Assembly: GCA_964016885.1 (NCBI GenBank)
Contig: OZ024740.1
Location: 109,306,001 to 109,370,000 of the forward strand
From: Eledone cirrhosa
Lineage: Eukaryota
DNA length: 64,000 nucleotides
Reading direction: 5' to 3'
The notes beneath the pieces are model-generated. The model was not told where the DNA came from. It saw only the letters and a list, made by a program, of their open reading frames with translations, and did no database searches. How positions within the stretch are numbered: position 1 is the stretch's first letter; each line of letters opens with the position of its first letter. Of this stretch, positions 39,375 to 51,537 are shown piece by piece. Position numbers and translations under genes: made by a program.

Positions 39375-39734
39375 TCATCATCATTTTACATCCACTTTTC
39401 CCTACTTGCAAGGGTGGGACGGGAACTGATTCTGGCTTGATTTCTACAGCTGGATGCCCTTCCTAAGACCAACCTCATTTACAGTGAGTGCTGGGTGCTT
39501 TTTTGCAGTGGAATGATATGGACTCCAGTCCTATCATCTCATTTCTACAACTGAGTAAACTGGAGCAATGTGAAATAAAGTTTCTTGCTCAAGGAAACAA
39601 CACATCACCTGGTCTGAGATTTAATATATATATAAATATATATATGCATATAATGTGTATGTATGTGTATATATATAAAATTTCAGACCGGGTGATGTGT
39701 TGTTTCCTTGAGCAAGAAACTTTATTTCACATTG
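39375..39734 (-). mobile_element. SINE family B fragment (39375-39620) plus short inverted piece (39681-39734)
   Basis: Homologous to 37590-37860. Confidence 0.8.
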
Positions 39735-39750
39735 AAACACACACACAATA

Positions 39751-39788
<38 letters not shown>

Positions 39789-39869
39789 CATATTGTGTGT
39801 GTGTTTGTGTATATATATATATATATATGCATATTGTATGCATACGTCTGTGATTATGTATCTGTCATC

Positions 39870-40400
39870 ATCATTGTTCTTTTAACATTGGAAGGGTTGG
39901 ACTGGTCGAGACTGGAGCATAGAAATAGTATGCACCACCCTACCCACTCCCATGCACCTCTCATGAGGACAGGCTGAAGCATACAACCAGTGAAGCCTCC
40001 AGACCACACTGCAAAGTGGTTGTGATGGCAACATGACAAAAAAGCACCCATCCCATCCCATACTGTAAAGTGGTCAAGTAGGCTTCCTGACAAAATGCAC
40101 CCACCCACCACTCACAGTAAATGAGGTTGGAGCGAGGAAGGGCATCCAGCTGGAGAAACCAAGCCAAAATCGGTTCTGCATCAGCATGACATGGTCACCT
40201 AACCTGGCATTGCTCACAACAGGATAACTCGTCTAACCCATGCAAGTGTGGAAAAATGGACGTTAAATGGAGATATGTGTGTGTGTATATATCATCATCA
40301 CCGTTTTATGTCCGTTCTTCCACGCTAGCATGGGTTAGACGGGTTGTCCTGTTGTGGGCGGTATCCAGTCGGCTGACCTTGTCTTGCTCATACAGGAACT
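39870..40400 (+). mobile_element. RTE 3' fragment (+, to ~40272) and tail-to-tail short copy (-, 40292-40400)
   Basis: 3' UTR motifs GGAAGGGCATCCAGCTG and TCTAACCCATGC...GGACGT in both orientations. Confidence 0.75.
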
Positions 40401-40623
40401 GTATGTATATATATGTGTGTGTGTGTGTGTGTACATATGTATATATATGTGTGTGTGTGTGTGTATATATATATGTGCATATGTATGTGTATATGTGTAT
40501 GAGCATATGTATGTGTATGAGCATATGTATGTGTATGAGCATATGTGTATACGTATATATGTGCATATGTATATATGTGTATATCTATGTGTCTGTATTT
40601 TGTATGTATATACACATGCACAA

Positions 40624-40656
<33 letters not shown>

Positions 40657-40671
40657 TTTATATCTATATCA

Positions 40672-40716
<45 letters not shown>

Positions 40717-40754
40717 TTTATATCTATATCAATATATATATATACACACATTTA

Positions 40755-40800
<46 letters not shown>

Positions 40801-41208
40801 TTTATATCTATATCAATATATATATATATATAATATACAGTTATATCTTCTAGCTAAAGTATTTGTACATTATCATATACTCCAATATGTCTGAGCACTT
40901 CTGTTTGATGTTAAAAATAATTTCATTTTTGTAATTCAATTTTTTTTTTTCTTTCTTTTCAATTTTCTTTTTTTCGATCTATTTCAATCATATTTTCATC
41001 TTATTTATCTCTTCATTTTTTTTCTGCATTTTTCATTTTATTTTTATTTTTCAGTTTTTTAGTTTCTTTGTTCTTTTTTTTTTGTTCTTGTATTATTTCA
41101 ATTTAAAGACTATTTTTTAAAAATTTCCTATAAAAGCACAATTTTTAAAATTTAGAATTACTCTTGTTGTTTTGTTTTTAGTATTACCTCTTTAATCTTT
41201 TTGATAAG

Positions 41209-41421
41209 TGAAGGTGTGTGGCTTAGTGGTTAGCATGCTGGACTTACAATCATAAGGTCATATGTTCAATCCCTGGACTGCCCTTGAGAAAGACACTACA
41301 ATTCCCATGAAACTGTTCATTATATGACTAGAGCTTGCATCATTAAAATAATCAAGAAACCCTTATGAGATGCAACCATGTAGGAGGCCAACTAATCCTG
41401 CATAGGTGAGAGCTGTAAATT
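41209..41421 (+). mobile_element. SINE family D (related copies ~60323-60770 and ~63420-63617)
   Basis: tRNA-like head GGCTTAGTGGTTAG...GTTCAATCC; shared body CATTAAA...TAGGA(G/A)G..A(A/G)C...GAGCTGTAAATT. Confidence 0.55.
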
Positions 41422-41974
41422 CAGTTTCATTCCAATCAATTTGATACCAAACAGCCTCAAACTGTTCCTGCTTCTATGCTCTTAGTCATCCTGAAATTTA
41501 TTTTATTTTTCATTTTATTTGTATTATCTCTTAACATCCTACAATGGTTTAGCAGAAAATATCTAGGATTGTGTCTGTTAATTCAAATGTTTATAGTATC
41601 TTTAATAGTGGGCAAATCATTGTGTAAATTTGTAGTATTAGTGTAAATACTTTAATTTTGAATGTAATGCAGCGCTGTTTTATACTTTTCAAGAATGTCT
41701 TGCTAATGTGGTAACATGTGGTACAGGAGGTTCAAATTCTAAATAAAATCCATAACATATGACTCAAACATTGAGGCAAATTCAGATAACAATCAAAGTT
41801 AAAAATTACACTGAGTAAGAAAATAGTTAACTAAAATCATATTTTCTAACATGTATTTTATTTAAAATAAATCATGGTGCTTTGAGGGCCTCTATTATAG
41901 TAATTATTATTACTTTGCCATACAGTATAAATGAAGAATGCACCAGAGTATTTAGTCATTTGTCAAGTCACATT

Positions 41975-42162
41975 GGTGGATTGACAGCATCGGTAGAGTC
42001 GGACGCCATGCTTTCCAGCATAGTTACGTCCCTTTACGATCTGAGTTCAAATACCGCCGTGGTTAACTTTGCCTTTCATCCTTACGGGGTCGATAAAATA
42101 AAGTACCAGTAATGTACTGTGTAATTTCTGGCCTTGTGCCAAAAGTAGAAACAATTATTATT
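41975..42162 (+). mobile_element. SINE family A
   Basis: Same A/B boxes, central domain and ACAATTATTATT tail. Confidence 0.85.
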
Positions 42163-43047
42163 AAATGACTAGGTTGAAAAAGTTCTCCACTCCCGAACTA
42201 GTGCCAATTCTTTTGTCCTCAACCACATGAGACTACACTAGCAAAGTACAAAACATCACTACAACTGTGTCACATTAAAAATTAGTCTTTACTTTACTGC
42301 AAAATTTCACATGTCCACTATTAAAGATAGTATAAACATTTGAATTAGCAAACATGTTTTTAGATATCCTCTGCTAAATCATTACAAGATGATAAGATTT
42401 AACTTAAAAGTGAAATAGATACTAACCTTTCAAGTTAGGTGAGAAAAGCAGTAAATAAGATCTGAGCCCTTAGTTAAAGAGGATTATTTATCATCATTTA
42501 ACAGCTAAAGAAATGACATGGGGGGAAAAGGGCTTTCTAGTTTACCAAACCTAGAACTTTCATTCAAGAAAAAGGGGTTGGGTTAGAGATATTGAAAGTG
42601 CTCTACTAAGATTAAATTACCTCTCAGAGAATAATAAACAAATAACATTGATTTGGATACCAGGCCATACAGATATTTTGAAAATAATCACGAAATATAA
42701 TTTAACTTTCTCATTAAGTTTTTGGAGCATAACTTAAAGATTCTTAAATGAAATTACAATGGAAGGATTAAAGAAAAAACCAAGCATCTAAAAGCAACTG
42801 TGTATCATAGAACCAGGGGCAGTTTCAACTAGTTTGGTAGCAAAGGGTTAATGGCATTAAACAAATCGTTTTACTACTTCTAACTTCAGTTATTCCCCCA
42901 CTCACTCTTTCTAATTTCTTTCCCCATCTTCATATCTCTCCTCTCTGCTTCAGCCCCCTTCACTTTCTTCCCTGCCCCCCTCTCATATCATGGTTCTTTG
43001 GTTTCTGTGTCTGTATCTCTCTCTCCATCACAGCTCTCTGGTCACTA

Positions 43048-43413
43048 TTATGAGGAGGGACAGGCCAGTTGGTCGCACCAAACCCTTCTTACAGTGGAAC
43101 CATAGTTTGGGAGCCACAGCCACGTTTACAGTGTGGACTAGATGGCACCGTTACAAGGAGAGACAGGCCAGTTGGTCCCACCGTACCCTGCTCACAGCAG
43201 AAGCATAGTTTAGGAGCCACATCCATGTTTATAGTGTGGAACTGGATGGCACCATTATGAGGAGGGACAGGCCAGTTGGTTGCACCAAACCCTTCTTACA
43301 GTGGAACCATAGTTTGGGAGCCACGTTTACAGTGTGGACTGGATGGCACCGTTACGAGGAGGGACAGGCCAGTTGGCTGCACCGAACCCTTCTCACAGCG
43401 GAACCATAGTTTG
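43048..43413. repeat. ~100-bp tandem repeat (3.5 copies) related to RTE 3' UTR sequence
   Basis: GGAG(G/A)GACAGGCCAGTTGG..CACC..ACCCT recurs at ~43053, 43156, 43259, 43355; GTTTACAGTGTGGAC/GGATGGCAC also seen at ~9133-9165. Confidence 0.75.
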
Positions 43414-45718
43414 GAATGATTTTGATCGATCATAGCATTTGTGGGAACGCTGTTGTGTAATTACAATATATATTCATAAGTCGTGTAATCTCTCCCTCTC
43501 GATCTCTCACCCTCGATCTCTCACTCTTGCGCTTTCTTTCTCTCTCGCACACTCGCTCTTGCACCCTCTCATGCTCTCACTCTCTCGCGCTCTATCATTC
43601 TCATGTGACCTCTCTCGCACACTCACTCACTGTCTCTCTCTCTCTCTCTCTCTCTCGCTTTCTCACAGCCACAATAGTGTAAGTAAACTTTACCTGGCTG
43701 TTAATTAATTGTTAAAGAAACACAAATGCATTTAATTAAGCTGAAAAGTATACAACTTATTTTGTCATGTTTTTGTTGTTGTTGGGTCCCTTTTTTTTAA
43801 AAAACAAAACAAAAACATCACATTTTGTATTGAGGATCATTTATGATAATGATTTTACTGTGACAGTAATTTTACTGAATACATTGTTGAGTAAGTAGCC
43901 TGGAAGATAGACAGATAGAGTAGCAAGAAGTATAATGACTCATCAGGTGATACTTTTACAAAAGAGAGTGAGAGTTGGTGATTCCTATATAATTGTGCTA
44001 ATTATATTTATTCATCTTGCTCTGTGTGGATCATAGATAGTTCATGAATATTCTCTACACTGTCATTATCATCTGTCTGTGAGTTGACAGCCGAGTCAAA
44101 TGAAATTGCTGACTTGTGTCACTTCTAATTGGAACATGGAGATGAGAATTATTTCTTCATAAAAGATGTTAACACTTTTGACACTAATCCACACCAAACT
44201 GCTTCTGGTTTTATTAAACAAAGCCACATATTTTAAAGGATTCCTACTTAAATTAAAACCTATCTTCTTCTCTTTTTGAGTTATCTCTCCATTGAAGGTG
44301 AAGCCTTCATTTTGCTTTTTCTAATGGCTAGAATATATACGGCTCACCACACGTACATTCTCATAGATTTCTCTGCTAACCGAAGCAGTTGTACCAACCC
44401 GTTGTCAAATTAATAGTCAATCATCTGTGAAGCCACTGGTGTTCACGACACCAAGGTCATCTAATTAAACTGATAATCGTCGCATGAGCTACTACTTACT
44501 ATAAGACAAGCAAGTTTTTTTTTTATCGAGGTTTACTTCTCTAGATCTGACCTTTTCTGCTAGATTTATCTTATCATAGCTATATTAGAGGCACCTCATG
44601 TAGGATGTGGTTGCGTGATGGTGAAAATCTTCTAAAATAATTTTATATAAGAATACCATCTCAATGAAATTAGAATTTTAGTAAATCATTTAAAAATTCT
44701 TCATGAATTAATTAAAATACAAAGTATTTTATGAACTATAAGGTTAGTGTGTTCACTTCTGGATCATTAGGTCAGGGGTTTAAACGGGCAAGCTTGCTAT
44801 ATTGACATTGTGGAAACATTTCATTGTCCTGTTTAATTTTCTGTACATGGCTGAGTGGTTAAGAAGTTTACTTTGTAACAACAGGGTTTTGTGTTTGATC
44901 TCACTGTGTAATATTGTAATGGATAAAAAATTTACCTTTTTACTCACAAAAAATAAACTTTGCTGGCTACTCCTTTTCACTCCAAGTGTTGAAATGGTCA
45001 AAAGGAAAATTGTGGTTAGCGGTCATATAACTGAATCCAGGTCTTAAAAACAGTGAAAAAGTAACTTTTGATGTGATATTAGTCGTCAAAATTTCTGTAT
45101 ATACTCTACAATACCGAATAAAAATAAAAGAATAATTATATGAAATAAACCAGAATTGGCAATAAAACAAACATGCAAATTAACTAAATACCCATTTCTC
45201 ATCTAAATCTGTCTGAATATGCAAATCTTCCATCTCAGCCACGCAGGGCAATAAAAACATCGCTTCGCTGGTTGGCAAGTAAAAAAAATTCTGTTTTTCT
45301 TTCTTTCCCTCTCATTTCTTGACTTAAAAGGAAAAAAAGAATATTAAAGAAACTAACAGCGTTGCTTTTTTCTTATGATAACTGGAAGGCAAGTAAAAAA
45401 AATTCTGCTTTTCTTCTCTTCCCACTCCTTTCATCGAAGGGAATAGAAAGGGAAAGCAATTAATTCACTGCTTTTTCTTCTTTTTCTGCAAAGCAAACAG
45501 GAGCTTTCTCTACTTCCACTTCTTAAATATCACTTGTTTACAATTTATCATAAGAAATGAAAGAATGGGAAATAAAAAAAAATAAAAAAATTCCCCAAGT
45601 ACAATGAAGATAACAAAAATTATCAATAATTAAATAATTTTTGCATAATATAAAAATAATTATCATGGAAAGAAAGTAAAGCATACAGTGCATATGTTTC
45701 ATACATAAACCCTTTGCC

Positions 45719-45758
<40 letters not shown>

Positions 45759-46179
45759 AAAAAGCAAATATTTAGTATCAGTGGTATGCATACAAACCAA
45801 AATAATCAGGATAGAAGGGACCTTTTGGTCATGTCATGGGTTTCAGAATCTCTTTAGTGCTAGTGCCATAATAAAATGTAAGTAGTAGATCAGAACTGAG
45901 TGTGGGTTAGTTGTGCAAAGCTAGTTACCAGATGAGTTCAATTCCCATTCTCACTTCATTAATACTACTGCTGCTTCACTCCATATAGTATCCAGTCCCT
46001 TGTCACATTTTCTTTTAGCATTGCAGTGCTTGTACTTGTCAGTTTCATTTGCAGTAAGGAAGTCACACCTGTTAATTTGATCCTGTGTCAACTCCCCATG
46101 TCTTTGGTTTCCCTCTTTCACAGGTTTCACCTACATCAAGTACTCGCAACTTTTTATACAACTCTCACTTTATTTACAC

Positions 46180-47175
46180 TTCATAGGTCCATACCAGTGC
46201 ACTCATCACTCATGCATATTACATCCGAATCCTCTTACACTCAGGTTTTCTCTCAGTTCACTCTGTGCTCTGTTGTTCACACACACATATTACACATCCA
46301 GCAGAGCATGCAAGCTTCATTCCTTTCTAGTTGTCACAATTCTGCAGTCATAGCTCACATCTTGATGCATATAACTTAATAGTTTTAACACAAGCATCAT
46401 CTAATCTGCCCCTCACGCAGAGAGCTCTTTTTGCCAGCAGAAGTAACAGCTCATTGAATGTTTTCTGCCCTGTTCTCACTCTAGTTATAACACTTTCAAT
46501 ACACCTACATCCATTGTTAATGAGGTCACCTAGATAGCAATAATTATCAACTACTGAGTGAGAGAGAGTCTTCCAGGCATTTCAAACAGTTTATTTCACA
46601 AATAACTTTATTGTTGACTATTGTGCACCTGTCACGTGTGAAGTCTGTTCATGATAGCCTACCTGTGATCCCACTACATCTGTTGTGCATCCATTTCCAA
46701 CTCTAGGTACACCTAATGGAGTTCCTACCTATTCCTATTGTGCATACTGAGTACAGCCATTTCTCTGATGGCGTAGAGTTCAATTCCCTTTTTTACTTAT
46801 TAATATTTTAGTCTTTGCTAGGTTTACTTTGAAGTCCTTTAATTCCAGATTTTGTTTCTATGGCTGGAACTTTTTCTCTATTTCTTCTGTGGTTTGTTCT
46901 GTGAATGTTCAATCCCCAGCATACAGGAGTTCCCATAGACAACCTCTCATGAATTCCTGTTATGGCCTGGATGACTATAAAATTAGGGTGGGGGCTGAAA
47001 ACTGTTGTTTAGCAGACTCCAACCCACATGGTATATTGTCACTGTACTCATTTTCACCTTGATTGCACCCTTGTACATAGCTAGCACAGCCTTCACTAGC
47101 CATTCATCTATCCCTAGCTTCCTAAGGAACTCCAAGATTATAGAGAATGGAATTCTGTCAAAGGGCTATTCCAGG
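46180..47175 (-). pseudogene. Old degenerate RTE RT fragment
   Basis: Reverse-strand traces of WELLYA, PHD remnant (SVCT.G.GRNSIRC...WMH.RCSGI), YLGD and ERNEACMLCWMC. Confidence 0.75.
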
Positions 47176-47487
47176 CTAAGATAAATATAGGGCCTTGTGG
47201 TGGTATTAGTTGTAATGTTGGGGGTAATATTAGTGGTGGTGGTGGTGGTAGTGTTACTGGTGGTGGTAGCGCTTGTGATGGTGGTAGTGCTTGTAGGGGT
47301 AATGGTGGTGATAATAGTGTTAATGGTGTTGCTGTTAGTTGTAGTGTTGGTGACAGTGGTGGTGTTGGTGGTGTCAGACTAAAGTTTGTGGAAGGAACAA
47401 ATGATACAATGGGAAGATTCACCAAAATAAAACACGTAATTGATAGGCAACTTCCTATGTTGAAGTACTGACTGGAGCTGAGTAGAG

Positions 47488-47787
47488 GAAGGTGTTTGGT
47501 GAGGGAGGGTTGGTTGTGGACATTACTGAGTAAGGTGTTTGGTGGGGGAGGGTTGGTTGTGGTCATTACTGAGTAAAGTGTTTGGTGAGGAAGGGTTGGT
47601 TGGGGTCATTACTGAGTAAGGTGTTTGGTGGGGGAGGGTTGGTTGTGGTCATCACTAAGTAAGGTGTTTGGTGGGGGAGGGTTGGTTGTGGTCATTACTG
47701 AGTAAGGTGTTTGGTGGGGGAGGGTTGGTTGTGGTCATTACTGAGTAAGGTGTTTGGTGGGGGAGGGTTGGTTGTGGTCGTCACTAA
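47488..47787. repeat. 43-bp G-rich minisatellite (~7 copies)
   Basis: CATTACTGAGTAAGGTGTTTGGTGGGGGAGGGTTGGTTGTGGT with period 43 (47521, 47564, 47607, 47650, 47693, 47736). Confidence 0.92.
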
Positions 47788-48161
47788 GAAAGTTGATTAA
47801 ATCAACCCAGTGCATTACTGTAAGGATGAAAAGCAAAGCTAACCTCGGCAGGATTTGAACTTAGAATGTAAAGAGCTGTAACATAATGAAGTTATAGTAC
47901 TAAATCTCCCCAAATTCTTGATTACAAAATTATTTTAAAGTAGGCAGTGTCTTTCATTAGAAATATGGTAATAAAGGATGTAACAAAAGTACCAGTGATA
48001 GGCTGGGGTTCACCTACCAGCTTGCCCTGATCACAGTATAATCATGAGTCATTATAGAAAATCTCTCTAGTGCTGGTGCCGTGATAAAATGTACTAGATA
48101 CACTCTGCAAAGTGGTAGTGCTGGTACCATGATAAAATGTATTTGATAAACTGGTTGTAGT

Positions 48162-48535
48162 GGAGGCACATGGCTTAGTGGTTAGAGCATTGGGTTTGCA
48201 ATCGAAAGGTTGCGAGTTCAATTCTCAGACCAGGTGATGTGTTGTTTCCTTGAGCAAGACACTTTAATTCACATTGCTCCAGTTTACTCAGCTGTAGAAA
48301 TGAGATGATAGGGACTGGGGTCCCTATCATTCCACTGCAAAGTGGAGGTGCCACGGCAAAAAAGCACCCAGCCCACACTGTAAAGTGGACGTGTAGGCGC
48401 CACAGAAAAAAAGCACTCAGCACTCACTGTAAATGAGGTTGGTGTTAGGAAGGGCATCTAGCTGTAGAAATCAAGCCAGAATCAGTTCCCATCCCACCCT
48501 TGCAAGCAGGGAAAAGCGGACATAAAATGATGATG
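48162..48535 (+). mobile_element. Full-length SINE family B
   Basis: Near-identical to 37525-37860, with an extra internal unit also present in the RTE 3' UTR. Confidence 0.9.
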
Positions 48536-49864
48536 TAGTGGTGTTGGTGGTAATGTTAGTTGTAGTGTTGGTTGGAGTGATAGTGTTGGTGGGTTCAGAC
48601 TAAAGTTGGTGTGAAAGGAAAGAATGATACATTGGGAAGAATGGAGATAATATAGGGTTGAAAGGCTTCTCCAGTCTGGCCAAGCATATGGCAATATCTC
48701 TGGTGTTAGTGCCATGATAAAATGCATCCTATAAATTCTGTAAAGTGGTAGTGCTGGTGCCATGATAAAATACACCTCGTACACTCTGTAAGGTGGTTGG
48801 CATTAGGAAGGGCATCAACCCATAGAAATCATGCCAAATATGGAATGTATGAGCAACATGAAGTCTCACTGCCTGGTCCAGTCTCTGACCATAACCATCT
48901 GTCCAGCCCATGATAGCATGGAAAGCAGATGTAAAATGAAGTGTTATTTGTTCATTTCCTGAAACACTTATACCAAAATTGTGGAAAAGATTAACTGGAG
49001 ATTTTTCCATAAACACTTTGTTAAAGAGATCCACTCCCATTGTTCATAAAACAACAAAAGCTGCACCACCATCATTACCCCCCCCCCCAATCACCATCAC
49101 CCCATCACCACTCCACTATCACCCCCTCCCCAATCACCCCTCCCCCCTGCCATCACCCACCTTCCCCCCAACACCATCACAATCACTGGCACATAAATGC
49201 ACTTTTGTGTGTGTAGGCGTATATCTATCTATCGCTATCATGTCTGTCTCTGTCTGTGTGTCATCTATCTATCATATAATCTATTTACATAACATGCATA
49301 CATACGCACACACACATAATGTACATACACACACACACACACATATCTACATGCAGATACAATTAAATTAAATGGTAATGTACTCAGTCATGCTAAAATA
49401 TCTTAATTGAAATTTCCCTCTGGAGACAGAAACAGGCAAATGCATGCATACGCACGCATGCACGCATGCATGCATTTACATGTACATATATATACATACA
49501 CATACACACACATACACACATACATGCATGCACACATGCATTAACACACGCATGCATACACGCATGCATGCATTTACATGTACATATATATACATACACA
49601 TACACACACATACACACACATACACACACATACACACATACATGCATGCACACATGCATGCATACACGCATGCATACACGCATGCATACATGCATGCATG
49701 CATGTATACACACACATACACACATGCATGCACACACATGCATGCACACATGCATGCACACACATACATACATACATGCATACATGCATACATTTACATC
49801 ATGTACATACATATACATGCACATATAAATACACATACATACACACACATACATATAAATACAC

Positions 49865-50147
49865 ATGGTGGCTGCCAACTCGTTTTCGAGTACGGCCACT
49901 ACTTTATATCCATGTAGGAGAACCCCTACCAATGCGCTGAACGAGTGACTTTTTAGTCCAGCCAGCGACTTGAGAACTCTGGTACAAACACTACACTTGT
50001 GACAATTATTGACACATAGTGCTGGGCCCATGGTACCATGTGACGACAAGTGCAGAGAGATCTCCAGATATAAAGCAATGCCTGTGCTGTGAAGCTTTTA
50101 TAGTGAGCAAAGGCACTGCACAAAGCCAGTCCCACTCTCTTAACCAA
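49865..50147 (-). mobile_element. Second copy of the zinc-finger-remnant RTE-like 3' end
   Basis: Reverse complement of 24252-24538; [20 protein letters not shown]. Confidence 0.8.
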
Positions 50148-50607
50148 TAAATACACATACATACACATATACATACATATACATATAAATATACATATAC
50201 ATATAAATACACATATACATATAAATACACATACATACACTGCATACACATACATAGATGTACACTCACACAAGCAAGCACATACACACAGAGAAAAGCA
50301 AATATATAGATGTTTATTTATGTACATGTGTCTATAGATATATACCCATATAAACCTGCATGCATATATACCCATATAAACATGCATATATACCCATATA
50401 AACATGCATATATACATACATATAAACACATATATGACAGAAACAGGCATATATTACAGTTCATATACATTCACACATAACTATACTCAGTTAAATGTAC
50501 AGGCAAAATTATATACACACATAAAGACAAGTATAAGTATGCCTCTTTGTGTGTATATACATTATATATATATGCCAAAAAGTAGAAATAATTTTTATTA
50601 TATATAT

Positions 50608-50786
50608 TGGATTGGCAGTATCGGTAGAGGGTCGGACGCTATGCTTTCCGGGCATAGTTACGTCCCTTAATGATCTGAGTTCAAATCCCGACGCGGTTAA
50701 CTTTGCCTTTCATCCTTACGGGGTCGATAAAATAAAGTACCAGTAATGCTCTGGGTATTTGCTGGCCTTGTGCCTAAAGTAGAAAC

Positions 50787-50822
<36 letters not shown>

Positions 50823-51132
50823 AAAATTGTTTCTACTTTTTGGTAGAAGGCCAGCAATTATACCAGTGCATTACTGGTACTTTATTTTATCAACCCCGTA
50901 AGGATGAAAGGCAAAGTTAACCTCGGCGGGATTTGAACTCACTTTAGGCACAAGGCCAGAAATTTGAAGGGAGGGGGAAAGTCGATTACATCGAACCCAG
51001 TGCATTATTGGTACTTTATTTCATCAACCCCCATAACGATGAAAGGCCAAACTAACCTGGGGGAGGGGGGGGGGATTTGAACTCAGGACGCAAAGGGAAA
51101 TAACTCTGACACTCTACCGATACTGCCAAACC
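50608..51132. mobile_element. Cluster of three SINE-A copies: + (50608-50791), - (50825-50940), - (50941-51132)
   Basis: Homology to other SINE-A copies; the first two are tail-to-tail across a (TA)n run. Confidence 0.85.
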
Positions 51133-51238
51133 AGTGGTTCAGTAGATTTGAGGTTTGTTGAGGAGGATACCAAAATCAGCAATCTATGCTAAGGCAGTGT
51201 ATATATTAAAAACATTAGGTTTCACATTAAGGTCTTTA

Positions 51239-51344
51239 TTGATTATGCACAATTACGATTGTTTCACAGATGAGTGGCTCAGGATCTAGGTTAATGTTAT
51301 AGACCTGACTCCAGCCTGATCAGCTCATCAGGCTTGTTAATCAA
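51239..51344 (-). ncRNA. Degenerate hammerhead ribozyme with long stem II
   Basis: Minus strand TTGATTAACAAGC CTGATGA GC...TCAGGTCTA..TAGATCCTGA...GT GAAA CAATCG TA ATTGTGCATAATCAA; GUA triplet, stem I imperfect. Confidence 0.5.
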
Positions 51345-51537
51345 GCAAAACCAAAATATTATCTCTCTCTCTTTCTCTCTCTCTCTCTCTATGTGTGTAG
51401 ATAAATCTACCAAAATAAACGGTAGTGTCCAATCCGTATGAAGAACTCAATGTAATCCAAATATAGAAGATATCATGAAAAGAGAAAATGCATTCAAAAT
51501 TTAACCATAAAAATCATAGGAAAACAGAGTCAAGATA

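Noticed and set aside
47138-47566. Proline-rich ORF (also 48979-49371)
   Set aside because: Derived from (GGT)n-type low-complexity sequence; no splice or homology support.
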